Shown in pieces: positions 1 to 9,116 of a stretch of DNA of 64,000 bases. Position 1 is the stretch's first letter. Every line of letters begins with the position of its first letter. The notes beneath the pieces are model-generated. The model had not been told where the DNA came from. It ran no database searches and saw only the letters and a list, made by a program, of their open reading frames with translations. Origin of the DNA: Sedimentisphaerales bacterium. Lineage in GTDB: Bacteria; Planctomycetota; Phycisphaerae; Sedimentisphaerales; Anaerobacaceae. The DNA lies in contig JAXGYC010000009.1 in assembly GCA_040772485.1 (NCBI GenBank), positions 256,001 through 320,000 of the forward strand, written 5' to 3'. A program made the position numbers and the translations under genes.

Positions 1-2
1 TC

Positions 3-320
3 CGCAATCCGGCGCCGGCGTATCGACTGGTCTTCATCGACGAGGGGTTCATGACGTCGGATGCCTATGCCGTCAACTATGACCAGGAGCAGTGGTGGGA
101 CGACCCGCCGGTGCGGCACGGCGACGGGACCAACATCTCGTTTGCCGACGGGCACGTCGAGCACTGGAAATGGAGAGGCACTGATACGATCAAACGGGCC
201 CGGCTCGTCGCGGACAGTCACCAGGGCAACTGGACGCCGGAGACGCAAGAGGGTTTTGAGGACCTGTATCAGATGCAGAAGGGCTGCTGGGGCAAGCTCG
301 GCTACACCCCCAGCCACTGA
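3..320 (+). CDS. Prepilin-type / H-X9-DG-CTERM (DUF1559-like) protein, C-terminal part (5' truncated by window edge)
   Basis: Frame is open from nt 3 (RNPAPAYRLVFIDEG...). Contains RHGDGTNISFADGHVEHWKW = H-X9-DG motif. Clearly homologous to the C-terminus of 62020..62928. Confidence 0.85.
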   Translation, partial: RNPAPAYRLVFIDEGFMTSDAYAVNYDQEQWWDDPPVRHGDGTNISFADGHVEHWKWRGTDTIKRARLVADSHQGNWTPETQEGFEDLYQMQKGCWGKLGYTPSH

Positions 321-332
321 GTCAAGTGAACG

Positions 333-382
333 GATTGCGGATTTCGGATTCGCCTCTGGCGCCTAATCCGCAATCCGAAATC
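333..382. repeat. Palindrome with heptamer-repeat arms (GATTKCG family)
   Basis: gattgcg-gatttcg-gatt ... aatccgc-aatccga-aatc. Relatives at 19567-19644 and 29961-30024. Confidence 0.8.
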
Positions 383-509
383 AGGATGGAAGGTGAAGAT
401 GAGCCGCGCAAAGCGGATGCAGTTGGATCATGTCTCGGAGAAGGCGCGTGCTTACGCGTGTGTGGGCGCTGCGTGATACCATTCATCGGGTTTTGAAGGA
501 GGACTGACT

Positions 510-3353
510 ATGCGCGTCACATTATCATGTTTGGCTTCACTTCTGTTGCTGCTGAGCCTGGCCGGCAGCGCCTCGGCCGATCTTGTAGGCCACTGGAAAC
601 TCGATGAGGGTTCGGGGACGGTCGCCTATGATTCCAGCGGAAACGGAAACGACGGCACGCTTGCGGGAGCGCCTCAATGGGTGGCCGGCAACCTTGGTGG
701 CGCGTTACAGGTGGGCGGCAGCGATTGGGTGGATTGCGGCAACGCCCTCGAGCTCACCGGGGCGATTACGATCGCCTGCTGGGTCAATCCCGATGCGCCG
801 GGCGGCGAGCAGGGTTTTGTCGGCCGCACCGGGAACTACGCTCTCAAGGGCCATGAAACCGGCGTCCGCTTCACCACGCCCGGCGTTCTGGACCACAGCA
901 GCACCACGATTACGCTGGAGGCGGGCACTTGGCAGCACGTCGCCGCCACCTTCGTGCCCAGCCAGAACGAAGGGCTCATCTTCTACTACAACGGCGAGGA
1001 AGCGGAGCGGTTGACCAGTTCGGCGATCAGCGCGGGCACCGGACCGCTGCTCATTGCCAGCAACCAGTGGGGCGAGAATCTGGTCGGCATGATCGACGAC
1101 GTGCGGGTCTTTGACCACATTCTGACGCCGGAGGAGGTGGTCGAGGCGATGCGGGGCGCCGACCCCGCGCTGGCGACCAACCCCAGCCCTGCCACGGAGG
1201 CGACGGATGTGCCTCGTGATGTCGTCCTGAGCTGGACGGCAGGCGAGTTCGCGGCGACGCACGATGTTTACTTCGGCACGTCTTTCGAAGACGTCAACGC
1301 GGCCAGCCGTGCCAATCCGATGGGCGTTCTGGCCGGCCAGGCTCAGACGACGACTGCGTTCGATCCGGCTGGTCTGCTCGATTTCGAGACGACCTACTAC
1401 TGGCGCGTCGACGAAGTCAATGCCGCTCCCGACAACACGATCTTCAAGGGCGAGGTCTGGTACTTCACCACCGAGCCGTTTGCTTACGCGATCCAGAACA
1501 TCGTTGCCACCAGCAACGGGATCTCCGAGCCGGGCGTGGGGCCCGAGAACACGGTCAACGGCTCCGGAATCAACGCCGCCGATCAGCACTCGACTGTCAG
1601 TGATGACATGTGGCTGGCCAGTGCCCCTGAAGGGGAGGCCCTGTACGTCCAGTACGAATTCGATCGCGTCTACAAGCTCTACGAGCTTCTGGTCTGGAAC
1701 TACAACGTGCAGTTCGAGATCATCCTCGGCTTCGGGCTCAAGGGCGTGACCGTCGAGTACTCCGAGAACGGGACCGACTGGACGGCGTTGGGCGATGTGG
1801 AGTTCGCCAAAGCGACGGCCAAAGAAACGTACGTGGCTAACACGACCGTTGACTTGGGTGGCGTCCCGGCCAAGTATGTGCGTCTGACCGTCAACAGCGG
1901 TTGGGGCATGATGGGCCAGTACGGCCTGAGCGAAGTCCGCTTCCTGTACATTCCCGCGCACGCGCGCCAGCCGCAACCGGCCGACGGCGCCACTGACGTG
2001 GATGTGAACACGTCGCTGACCTGGCGGGCCGGCCGCGAGGCCGTTTCCCATGAGGTCTATCTCGGAACGGCTCCGGACGCCCTGGCTCTGGCCGGAACGG
2101 TCGACAGCGCCACGTTTGTCCCGGGCAATCTGGAGTTCGGCGGCACCTACTATTGGCAGATTGTCGAGGTCAATGAGGCCGACGCCGTCACGGCATGGGC
2201 CGGCGACGTGTGGAGCTTCACCGCCCAGGAATATGCCTGGATCGACGACTTCGAGAGCTACACCGACGACATCGAGGCCGGCACCGCGATCTTCGACACC
2301 TGGCTCGACGGCTGGGTCAACGGCACCGGTTCCACCGTCGGCTATCTCGAAATGCCGTTTGCCGAGACATCCATCGTTCACAGCGGCGAACAGTCCATGC
2401 CACTGGCGTATGACAACAGCGTCTCGCCGTTCTATGCCGAAGCCGAGCGCGAATTTGACACCGCCCAGAACTGGACGGGCAACGGCGCCGACACCCTCGT
2501 TATGCACGTTCGCGGCAATCCGCCCGTCTTCGTCGAGCGGGCCGACGGCACGATTCTGATGGGCAGCACCGGCGGCGACATCTGGGATACCTCCGATGCC
2601 TTCCGGTTCGCCTACAAGCGTTTGAGCGGCAACGGCTCCATCACGGCGCGGGTCGACAGCATCTATAACACCAGCGGCTGGGCCAAGGGCGGCGTGATGA
2701 TCCGCGAGACGCTCGATCCAGGCTCCAAGCACGCCATGGTGGTGGTCACGCCGGGCAACGGTGTGGCTCTCCAGAACCGGCCGACCATGAATCAGGCGAG
2801 TCTGAGCGTCAATGAAGCGGGCCTGACGGCGCCGTACTGGGTGCGGTTGACCCGGACGGGTGACAGCCTCAAGGCCGAGCGCAGCGCTGATGGCGTGACA
2901 TGGGCGAGCATCACAGCCAATGCAGCGGCCTCCACGCTGACGATTTCGATGGCCGGCGAGGTCTACATCGGTCTGGCGCTGGTCAGCAACAACGCCGGAG
3001 CCAGTCCGACGAGCGCCGAATTTGCCGAGGTCGGCACGACCGGCAACGTGACCGGGTCGTGGCAGACGGCCGATATCGGCGGCGGCCAGCGGACCAGCAA
3101 CGATCCTGAACCGATGTACGTGCGGATCGAAGACAGCACGGGCGCCAGCGCGACGGTCACGAGTCCCAATGAGGAAATCGGGCTCAGTCTGACTTGGCAG
3201 TCGTGGGCGATCCCGTACAGCGAGCTATCCGGCGTGAATCTGAGCCGGGTCGAGAAGATGGTCATCGGCATCGGCAGTGCGACCAGTCCGGCCGCTGGCG
3301 GCGCCGGGCTGATCTATATCGACGACATCGGCTTCGGCTCGCCTGTGGAGTAG
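510..3353 (+). CDS. Secreted modular surface protein: LamG-like jelly roll + Fn3-like repeat + F5/8C (discoidin)-like + repeat + C-terminal jelly-roll domain with inserted ConA/DUF1349-like domain
   Basis: RBS AAGGAGG and a signal peptide (ASA-D). LamG motifs LVGHWKLDEGSG, WQHVAATF and GMIDDVRVF. Two TYYW repeat modules. Ends IYIDDIGFG. Paralogues at 49104 and 52256. Confidence 0.85.
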   Translation: MRVTLSCLASLLLLLSLAGSASADLVGHWKLDEGSGTVAYDSSGNGNDGTLAGAPQWVAGNLGGALQVGGSDWVDCGNALELTGAITIACWVNPDAPGGEQGFVGRTGNYALKGHETGVRFTTPGVLDHSSTTITLEAGTWQHVAATFVPSQNEGLIFYYNGEEAERLTSSAISAGTGPLLIASNQWGENLVGMIDDVRVFDHILTPEEVVEAMRGADPALATNPSPATEATDVPRDVVLSWTAGEFAATHDVYFGTSFEDVNAASRANPMGVLAGQAQTTTAFDPAGLLDFETTYYWRVDEVNAAPDNTIFKGEVWYFTTEPFAYAIQNIVATSNGISEPGVGPENTVNGSGINAADQHSTVSDDMWLASAPEGEALYVQYEFDRVYKLYELLVWNYNVQFEIILGFGLKGVTVEYSENGTDWTALGDVEFAKATAKETYVANTTVDLGGVPAKYVRLTVNSGWGMMGQYGLSEVRFLYIPAHARQPQPADGATDVDVNTSLTWRAGREAVSHEVYLGTAPDALALAGTVDSATFVPGNLEFGGTYYWQIVEVNEADAVTAWAGDVWSFTAQEYAWIDDFESYTDDIEAGTAIFDTWLDGWVNGTGSTVGYLEMPFAETSIVHSGEQSMPLAYDNSVSPFYAEAEREFDTAQNWTGNGADTLVMHVRGNPPVFVERADGTILMGSTGGDIWDTSDAFRFAYKRLSGNGSITARVDSIYNTSGWAKGGVMIRETLDPGSKHAMVVVTPGNGVALQNRPTMNQASLSVNEAGLTAPYWVRLTRTGDSLKAERSADGVTWASITANAAASTLTISMAGEVYIGLALVSNNAGASPTSAEFAEVGTTGNVTGSWQTADIGGGQRTSNDPEPMYVRIEDSTGASATVTSPNEEIGLSLTWQSWAIPYSELSGVNLSRVEKMVIGIGSATSPAAGGAGLIYIDDIGFGSPVE

Positions 3354-3383
3354 TTCCAGGCTGGAAACAATGGAATGATGGAA

Positions 3384-3417
3384 GTAGGGGCGTTCCGGCT
3401 CGCCGGGACGCCCCTAT
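3384..3417. repeat. GTAG-REP-like hairpin / probable terminator between convergent genes
   Basis: gtaggggcgttccggc-tc-gccgggacgcccctat followed by a T-run. A second hairpin aatcccgat/atcgggatt lies at 3433-3454. Confidence 0.6.
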
Positions 3418-3485
3418 GCTTTTTCGGAATGAAATCCCGATGCATATCGGGATTGTTTTGAGCCGATACGTGAATCGATCCGATT

Positions 3486-4823
3486 CTATGGCGTCGCCTG
3501 ACCCGCGAAGTGCCAGACGATATCGTAGTCGGTCTTCTGCTTGGGCCGCATAGCGAGGCCACCGTTGTCCTTCTGATCCGGGCCGACACTGTACAGATCG
3601 AACCCGGCGTCTTGTCGCCGGTACAGCAAACTGGCCTGCGAGAAAGGATCGCGAACACCGTCCGGATCGAGAGCGCCAAGGGTCTCAGGGAAGCCGCCGT
3701 GCGTGGCTTGGTACTGCAACAGGACCAGCCCTGCGCGAGTGACACGGACCTGTGCGATCGTCCGCAGATAGACCTCCTTGACGCGGCCGAGCGCCGGCAG
3801 GAGGGTTCGTGTCAGCACATGCCGCCTGTGTGTCTCGAGTAGCTCTCGGTCAAACGCTCCGGCTTCATTGGGATCGTACGGTTCGCTGAAGCGATTCGTG
3901 CAGTCCTGCATCAGCCGCAGGTAAGCGGCGTGGTCCGCCAGGAAGAGCGGCTTGAACGACACGCGAAGAAACAGCAGTCGCGAGATGATGTCGGGCATGT
4001 CGTCCTCGTCCAGCGTGTCGCGCAATTCCTTCCTTGGCAGACGGAACGTGTGCTCGCCAAAGAGGAATCGTTCGCCGTCGGCGGCCATAATCAGAGGGGC
4101 GATGTCGTCGTATCCGCCGAGCAACTCCTGAAGGTCACGCAATCGCTGCTCGCTGGGGACCGAGGTCTCACACAGTCTCTGAATGGTGGTGCACGCCAGA
4201 TTGATCTGAGCGACTCGGACCAGTTGGCTGACGATGATCGGCTCGGTTCGCAGGGCATTGGCGAACTTCAGTTGGATCAGGGCGGTGTCCCAGGCCTCCT
4301 CGGCCTGTCCATCCTTCGCGTGGAGCAGTGCCTTGGCCCCGAGGATCCGCGCCAAGGTGCGCTGCTCGGCGAGGTGGGACAGGGGCATCGAGATGCCGGC
4401 GCTGTAGTCGTTGTCGAAACGGCACGAGGGACGCTGCGCTCCCTGCGTGAGCATCGACAGCGCCTGGGCAATCACCTCCTGCCGAAGCAGGCTCTCAAGC
4501 TCGGCCTGTTCTTCCGGATCGAGAAGCTTCTCGCTGGAACGTCCTGCGAGACTGCCCAGGTATGCCAGGAGGTCCTTTTCCGGCGCCGGCTGGGCCTTGA
4601 GCAGCAGAGCAGCGCTCTGGTACAGCAGGGCCGCGTTGTTCGCGTCGGGCACATTCGGCGGAATGACCTGGGCGACTTGTGTCGGACGCCCGGCCTTCTC
4701 CAGGGCGGCATAGGCCCGACGGAGCTTCGCAGCCGAAGCCGCCACCGCCACAGCATAGACGATGCCGAGAACGACGACGACAATCACAACACCCGTCAGG
4801 ATTCGAACCGTTCTTCTGCGCAT
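3486..4823 (-). CDS. Membrane-anchored alpha-helical protein with GspG/pseudopilin-like C-terminal segment
   Basis: N-terminal TM helix. C-terminus LLQYQATHGGFPETLGAL..DPFS...FDLYSVGPDQKDNGG..DIVW resembles the GspG C-terminal domain. Confidence 0.65.
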   Translation of the reverse strand: MRRRTVRILTGVVIVVVVLGIVYAVAVAASAAKLRRAYAALEKAGRPTQVAQVIPPNVPDANNAALLYQSAALLLKAQPAPEKDLLAYLGSLAGRSSEKLLDPEEQAELESLLRQEVIAQALSMLTQGAQRPSCRFDNDYSAGISMPLSHLAEQRTLARILGAKALLHAKDGQAEEAWDTALIQLKFANALRTEPIIVSQLVRVAQINLACTTIQRLCETSVPSEQRLRDLQELLGGYDDIAPLIMAADGERFLFGEHTFRLPRKELRDTLDEDDMPDIISRLLFLRVSFKPLFLADHAAYLRLMQDCTNRFSEPYDPNEAGAFDRELLETHRRHVLTRTLLPALGRVKEVYLRTIAQVRVTRAGLVLLQYQATHGGFPETLGALDPDGVRDPFSQASLLYRRQDAGFDLYSVGPDQKDNGGLAMRPKQKTDYDIVWHFAGQATP

Positions 4824-4846
4824 GAGAGTATCCCTTCGATCTGCCT

Positions 4847-5341
4847 TTATGAGTAGGAGCCGAAAGCTGTCTGCGCCGGGATCACCCGGCTTTGCCCTTC
4901 GATGAGTGTAGACGCGTTCGCGCTGCCCTGGGTCTCGTCGAGGATCTGGCGGATGCGTGTGACATGTTCACGCAGAGTCGATGCGTCGATGGCGGAGGGT
5001 CGGCCCCGCAGCCTCAGATGCACCGCCGCCAGATCAGCCGAGCCCAGCAAGGCCTCGAGATTGACGGGCTCCTGGATTGCCGCCGCGACGTCCCCGGATC
5101 GCCATGGCGAGACGGTGTGGTCGCCGTACCGATCGGCCAGGGCGACGACGATCACCGCCGCCGCGGCCGCAACGGCGAGACGCCTCAGGAAGATTCGCGC
5201 GGGAATGTCGATCGAATCTCGTCGCCAGACCTTCTGCGCTGCCGCTATGACACGTGCCTTCAGTGCGTCCGAAGGACCGGGCAAACCCGCCGCCTTCATC
5301 AAACGCTCGATCTTGTCCTGATCTGTGTCCATTCCACTCAT
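4847..5341 (-). CDS. Putative single-TM anti-sigma factor
   Basis: Starts 2 nt downstream of the ECF sigma gene. Cytoplasmic PS..LKARV segment followed by one TM helix. Confidence 0.65.
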   Translation of the reverse strand: MSGMDTDQDKIERLMKAAGLPGPSDALKARVIAAAQKVWRRDSIDIPARIFLRRLAVAAAAAVIVVALADRYGDHTVSPWRSGDVAAAIQEPVNLEALLGSADLAAVHLRLRGRPSAIDASTLREHVTRIRQILDETQGSANASTLIEGQSRVIPAQTAFGSYS

Positions 5342-5343
5342 GA

Positions 5344-5877
5344 CTATCGCTCCCCCAACAGGGTTCGCAGCCTTTCCATTCCGTAGCGGTATCGGCCGGC
5401 CGCTGTGTTGAGCGAGATGCCCATGATCCGGGCAATCTCCTCAAACGTCTTGTCGCGGTATACCTTCAATACCACCGCCTGACGCTGGGACTCGGGCAGG
5501 CGGCTCAGGGCCACCTCCAGCAGTTCTACGACATCGGTGCGCTCCGGGCCGGCCTCCGACGCCTCCAGCCAGGAGTCCTTGGCCGCCTCGTCCTTTCGAT
5601 CGCGTCGGCGCCGGCGCGTGTATGAAACGGCCTCGTTGCGAGCGATTCGGTAGATGTAGGCGTCCAAGTGGCCGGCTTTGGCCAGCTTGCGGCGTTTGCC
5701 CGCGATTCGAACGAAGACGGCCTGGAGGACGTCTTCGGCATCGTGGCGGCAGCAGAGCTTCGTCACCAGATACGCCAGCAGGCTGTCCGCGTACCGCTGC
5801 CATATCAGCTCGACCGCGGCCGGATCATCCCGGCCCAGCGCCTCTCGTATCGCCTCATCGAGGCTGCGTTTGTCCAA
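5344..5877 (-). CDS. ECF RNA polymerase sigma-70 family factor
   Basis: Region 2 DAEDVLQAVF..YIYRIARN and region 4 LPESQRQAVVLK..TFEEIARIMGISLNTAAGR. TTG start with GAGGA RBS. Confidence 0.92.
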   Translation of the reverse strand: MDKRSLDEAIREALGRDDPAAVELIWQRYADSLLAYLVTKLCCRHDAEDVLQAVFVRIAGKRRKLAKAGHLDAYIYRIARNEAVSYTRRRRRDRKDEAAKDSWLEASEAGPERTDVVELLEVALSRLPESQRQAVVLKVYRDKTFEEIARIMGISLNTAAGRYRYGMERLRTLLGER

Positions 5878-6010
5878 GTTCTCTGTCCTCGACTCGGATG
5901 CTCATTCTCACGGCAAGACGCCCTGAACCCATCTGATTTGTATACGTAACAGAATCATTCGTCTATCTTGACACGGGAAAGGACAGAAGGGAACATGGAT
6001 GAACCGATTC

Positions 6011-6038
6011 GTAGGGGCGAGGCATGCCTCGCCCCTAC
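6011..6038. repeat. GTAG-type REP palindrome
   Basis: GTAGGGGCGAGGCATGCCTCGCCCCTAC is a perfect 28-nt palindrome, followed by ACGAGAY heptamers at 6059-6079. Confidence 0.85.
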
Positions 6039-6098
6039 CTCGTACCTCGGCGCGCTTCACGAGATACGAGACACGAGATCCGAGCTGCGTGGTCAGGG

Positions 6099-7148
6099 AT
6101 GGCGGAAAAAGCAAAGCCAAAGACGATCCTGTTGAAGCAGCCGGCCATGCGTCGCGTGCTGCTGGCCTTGCTGCCCTGCGTGGCAGGCGGGATCTATTTC
6201 TTCGGCTGGAGGAGTCTTTTCCTGATCGTCTGGGCCGCCATCATCGGCTTCGTGGTCGAGCATATCTTCACTCGCCGTCGTCGCGAGCCGGTCAGCGAGG
6301 CCGTTTTTGTCACCACGACCCTGTTCGCCCTGGTCATGCCGCCGACGGTCCCGCTGCACGTGCTGACGATCGGCGTGGTGTTCGCGGTCATGTTCACCAA
6401 GGAGCTCTTCGGCGGTTTCGGACGCAACATCTTCAATCCCGCCCTGGCCGGCCGCTGCTTCGTCTATATCTGCTTTCCCGTGGCGCTCACGGCCACCTGG
6501 GCCCCGGCCGCCGGCAGCCCCTGGGGCGCTCTGAATCTCTGGACTACGGCGTCGAGCCCGGACGCCGTCACGGGCGCCACACCGCTGGCCCATCTCAAGG
6601 CCGGCAAGATCGTCCTGGGCATGGACAAGGCGGCCAGCTTTGACATTCCCTTCGAGATCGACGAAGGACAGACCGCGCGAGTACACAAGAAGGCGTTGCT
6701 GCGAGGGCTGCTCTTCGGAAGAATCAGCGGCACGATGGGAGTGACCAGCGCGCTGCTGATCTCAATCGGCGGTCTCTATCTGTTCTGGACGAAGACGGCC
6801 AACCGGACGATCATCGTGACTTTGATTGTCACGTACGGTCTGCTCAGCCAGATTCTCCATTCGTTCGGCGTTGCGCCTGTGCCGACGGCCTGGACAGCGG
6901 TGCTCGGCGGAGGCTTTCTGCTCGGCGCGTTCTTCATGGCCACCGATCCGGTCAGCTCGCCGAAGACGAACCTCGCCAGAATCATCTACGCGATCATCAT
7001 CGGCGTCTGCACCGTCGTGATCCGCAACTTCTCGATCTTCAACGGCGGCCTGATGTTCTCGATCCTCATCGGCAACATGTTCGCCCCCATCCTCGACTAC
7101 GCGGTTCGGGCGCGTCAATCGGCCAGGAAGGCCGGGGGGCGGGCGTGA
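6099..7148 (+). CDS. nqrB: NqrB/RnfD family membrane subunit (FMN-binding)
   Basis: KELFGGFGRNIFNPALAGR, FMN attachment motif DAVTGATPL, FFMATDPVSSP. Start placed at ATG 6099 because the longer ORF begins inside a REP. Confidence 0.85.
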   Translation: MAEKAKPKTILLKQPAMRRVLLALLPCVAGGIYFFGWRSLFLIVWAAIIGFVVEHIFTRRRREPVSEAVFVTTTLFALVMPPTVPLHVLTIGVVFAVMFTKELFGGFGRNIFNPALAGRCFVYICFPVALTATWAPAAGSPWGALNLWTTASSPDAVTGATPLAHLKAGKIVLGMDKAASFDIPFEIDEGQTARVHKKALLRGLLFGRISGTMGVTSALLISIGGLYLFWTKTANRTIIVTLIVTYGLLSQILHSFGVAPVPTAWTAVLGGGFLLGAFFMATDPVSSPKTNLARIIYAIIIGVCTVVIRNFSIFNGGLMFSILIGNMFAPILDYAVRARQSARKAGGRA

Positions 7149-7771
7149 TGCGAGAGAAACGCTGGTTCCCCATCCTGTACATGTTTGGCGTGACGGCCTT
7201 CTTCAGTTCGATCATCATCGCCTTCGCGACGGTTACGCGGGGACGGGTGGAGGCCAACGCGGAACTGGCCTTCGAGAGGGCTGTTCTCGAGGTTGTGCCG
7301 GGGTTGTCCGGCGCGAACCTTGGCAATGCGGAGGTTCACCCGCGCTTTGCGGCAATGGTCGAAGAACCTACAGCGTCCTCCGGCGGCGCTTACCTCGTCA
7401 AGAAAGATGGCCAGGTCGTCGCCTATGCGCTGCCCTTCTTGGGGCAGGGATTCTGGGCGCCCATCGGGGGCATCCTCGGCATCGAGCCGGACCGGAAGAC
7501 CGTTACGGGGATCGCTTTCTACGAGCAGAACGAGACGCCCGGCCTGGGCGCCGAGATCACCAAGAAGCCGTTTCGCAGCCAGTTCAAGGGCAAGGTGCTC
7601 GCCTCTGGGGGAAAGCCCCTGGGCATGAAGCGCCCGGGAGCGGAATTGGACGACAGCAGCGTCCACGCCATCACCGGCGCGACGCAGACCAGCACGCGCC
7701 TCGACGCGATCATCAATGCTGCTCTGACCGAGTGGCAATCCAAGGTGGCCAGGGAGGGCGCGCGATCATGA
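7148..7771 (+). CDS. nqrC: NqrC/RnfG family FMN-binding subunit
   Basis: GQGFWAPI, YEQNETPGLGAEI and the FMN motif AITGATQTS. TGATG coupling to the upstream gene. Confidence 0.85.
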   Translation: MREKRWFPILYMFGVTAFFSSIIIAFATVTRGRVEANAELAFERAVLEVVPGLSGANLGNAEVHPRFAAMVEEPTASSGGAYLVKKDGQVVAYALPFLGQGFWAPIGGILGIEPDRKTVTGIAFYEQNETPGLGAEITKKPFRSQFKGKVLASGGKPLGMKRPGAELDDSSVHAITGATQTSTRLDAIINAALTEWQSKVAREGARS

Positions 7772-8403
7772 CTGGTCCCGGCGGCGAATCCCAAACCCGG
7801 AAGATCATCCTGGCCGGTCTGTGGCGCGACAACCCGATCTTCAAACAAGTGCTCGGCATCTGCAGCACGCTGGCGGTGACGAATCTCGTGCTGAACACGG
7901 TCGTGATGTGCGTGGCGCTGGTGTTCACGATCGCCCTGAGTTCCGCCAGTGTCTCGCTGCTGCGCTCGATCACTCCTCGCAACATCCGGATGATGGTCGA
8001 GACGCTGATCATCGCGTTCTACGTCATTATCGTGGATATCCTGCTGAAGGCGTACTGGCCCGAAATGAGCGCCAACCTCGGTCCTTACGTCGGCCTGATC
8101 ATCACCAACTGCATCGTCATGGGCCGGTGCGAGGCGTTCGGCAACAGCAATCCGCCGGGCCGGGCGTTCCTCGACGGCGCCTTCAGCGCGCTGGGCTATT
8201 CCTTCATCCTGCTGATCATCGCGACGTTCCGCGAGGTGCTCGGGATGGGGACCTTCGCCGGGCTGGCGGTGCCGTTCTTCTCGGGGCCGGCGTGGGACAA
8301 GTGGATCATCATGGTGATGCCGCCGGGAGCCTTCTTCATGCTGGCCGTCGTGATATGGGTGTTTCGATCGATCCAGATCAGACTGGAGGCGAAGACCAAA
8401 TGA
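7768..8403 (+). CDS. nqrD: NqrD/RnfE family membrane subunit
   Basis: NPIFKQVLGICSTLAVT, GLIITNCIVMGRCEAF, MPPGAFF. ATGA overlap. Confidence 0.87.
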   Translation: MTGPGGESQTRKIILAGLWRDNPIFKQVLGICSTLAVTNLVLNTVVMCVALVFTIALSSASVSLLRSITPRNIRMMVETLIIAFYVIIVDILLKAYWPEMSANLGPYVGLIITNCIVMGRCEAFGNSNPPGRAFLDGAFSALGYSFILLIIATFREVLGMGTFAGLAVPFFSGPAWDKWIIMVMPPGAFFMLAVVIWVFRSIQIRLEAKTK

Positions 8404-9002
8404 ACCTCGGAGCGGAAATCTGGCAGGCGGTCACCGTGTGCGTCGCCGCGGTCTTCACACAGAACATCCTGCTGGCCTACTTCCTGGGCCTGTGTCCCTT
8501 CATCGGGGTCTCGCGCGAGGTCAAGACCGCTTTCGGACTCGGGGTGGCGGTGATCTTCGTCATGACGGCCACCACGCTGCTGAACTGGCTGGCGTATCGT
8601 TACGTGCTCCAGCCTTTGGGGCTGGAGTTCTTCCGTTTCATCCTGTTCATCGTCATCATCGCGGCGTTCGTGCAGTTCGTGGAAATGGCCATCGAACGGT
8701 TCTCGCCGTTCCTGTACCAGCAGCTCGGCGTGTTCCTTCCGCTGATCACGGTCAATTGCGCGATCCTCGGCGCGTCGCTGTTCATGGTGATTCGGGACTA
8801 CTCGTTTATCGTCACCATCGGCTATGGACTGGGCAGCGGCATCGGCTGGTTCCTGGCGATTATGGCGATGGCCGGCATCCGCCAGAAGCTGGCCAACGAG
8901 CGGATTCCCGCCGGATTGCAGGGGCCGGGAATCACGCTGATCATCGCCGGACTGATGGCGCTGGCGTTCATCGGATTCACCGGCGTGCTCCAGGGAAGGT
9001 GA
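8400..9002 (+). CDS. nqrE: NqrE/RnfA family membrane subunit
   Basis: FLGLCPFIGVS, FLPLITVNCAILG, GITLIIAGLMALAF. ATGA overlap. Confidence 0.87.
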   Translation: MNLGAEIWQAVTVCVAAVFTQNILLAYFLGLCPFIGVSREVKTAFGLGVAVIFVMTATTLLNWLAYRYVLQPLGLEFFRFILFIVIIAAFVQFVEMAIERFSPFLYQQLGVFLPLITVNCAILGASLFMVIRDYSFIVTIGYGLGSGIGWFLAIMAMAGIRQKLANERIPAGLQGPGITLIIAGLMALAFIGFTGVLQGR

Positions 9003-9010
9003 AAGCAAAG

Positions 9011-9095
9011 GTAGGGGCGAATAATGATTCGCCCGTACGCCATCCGCCGAAGGCGGATTCCGCCATTTTGATCTTTGCTTCTTGATTTTTGGTAT
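9011..9095. repeat. REP palindrome plus half copy of the TCCGCC-TTC-GGCGGA heptamer-arm element
   Basis: GTAGGGGCGAATAATGATTCGCCCGTAC at 9011-9038. The reverse complement of 9039-9095 matches 26548-26604 with about 5 mismatches. Confidence 0.8.
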
Positions 9096-9116
9096 GGTTT
9101 GTGGTGCGGGAGGTCA

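Noticed and set aside
705..2732. Long antisense ORFs (also 9114..11111, 21718..23736, 32057..34351, 43243..44961, 46333..48834, 48909..52139)
   Set aside because: They are shadows of well-supported genes on the opposite strand in high-GC DNA and have no recognisable motifs.
6024..6098. N-terminal extensions given by the ORF track (also at 7821, 17742, 18551, 42158, 57747, 59130)
   Set aside because: They run through REPs or neighbouring genes. Downstream starts with an RBS or translational coupling fit the family N-termini better.
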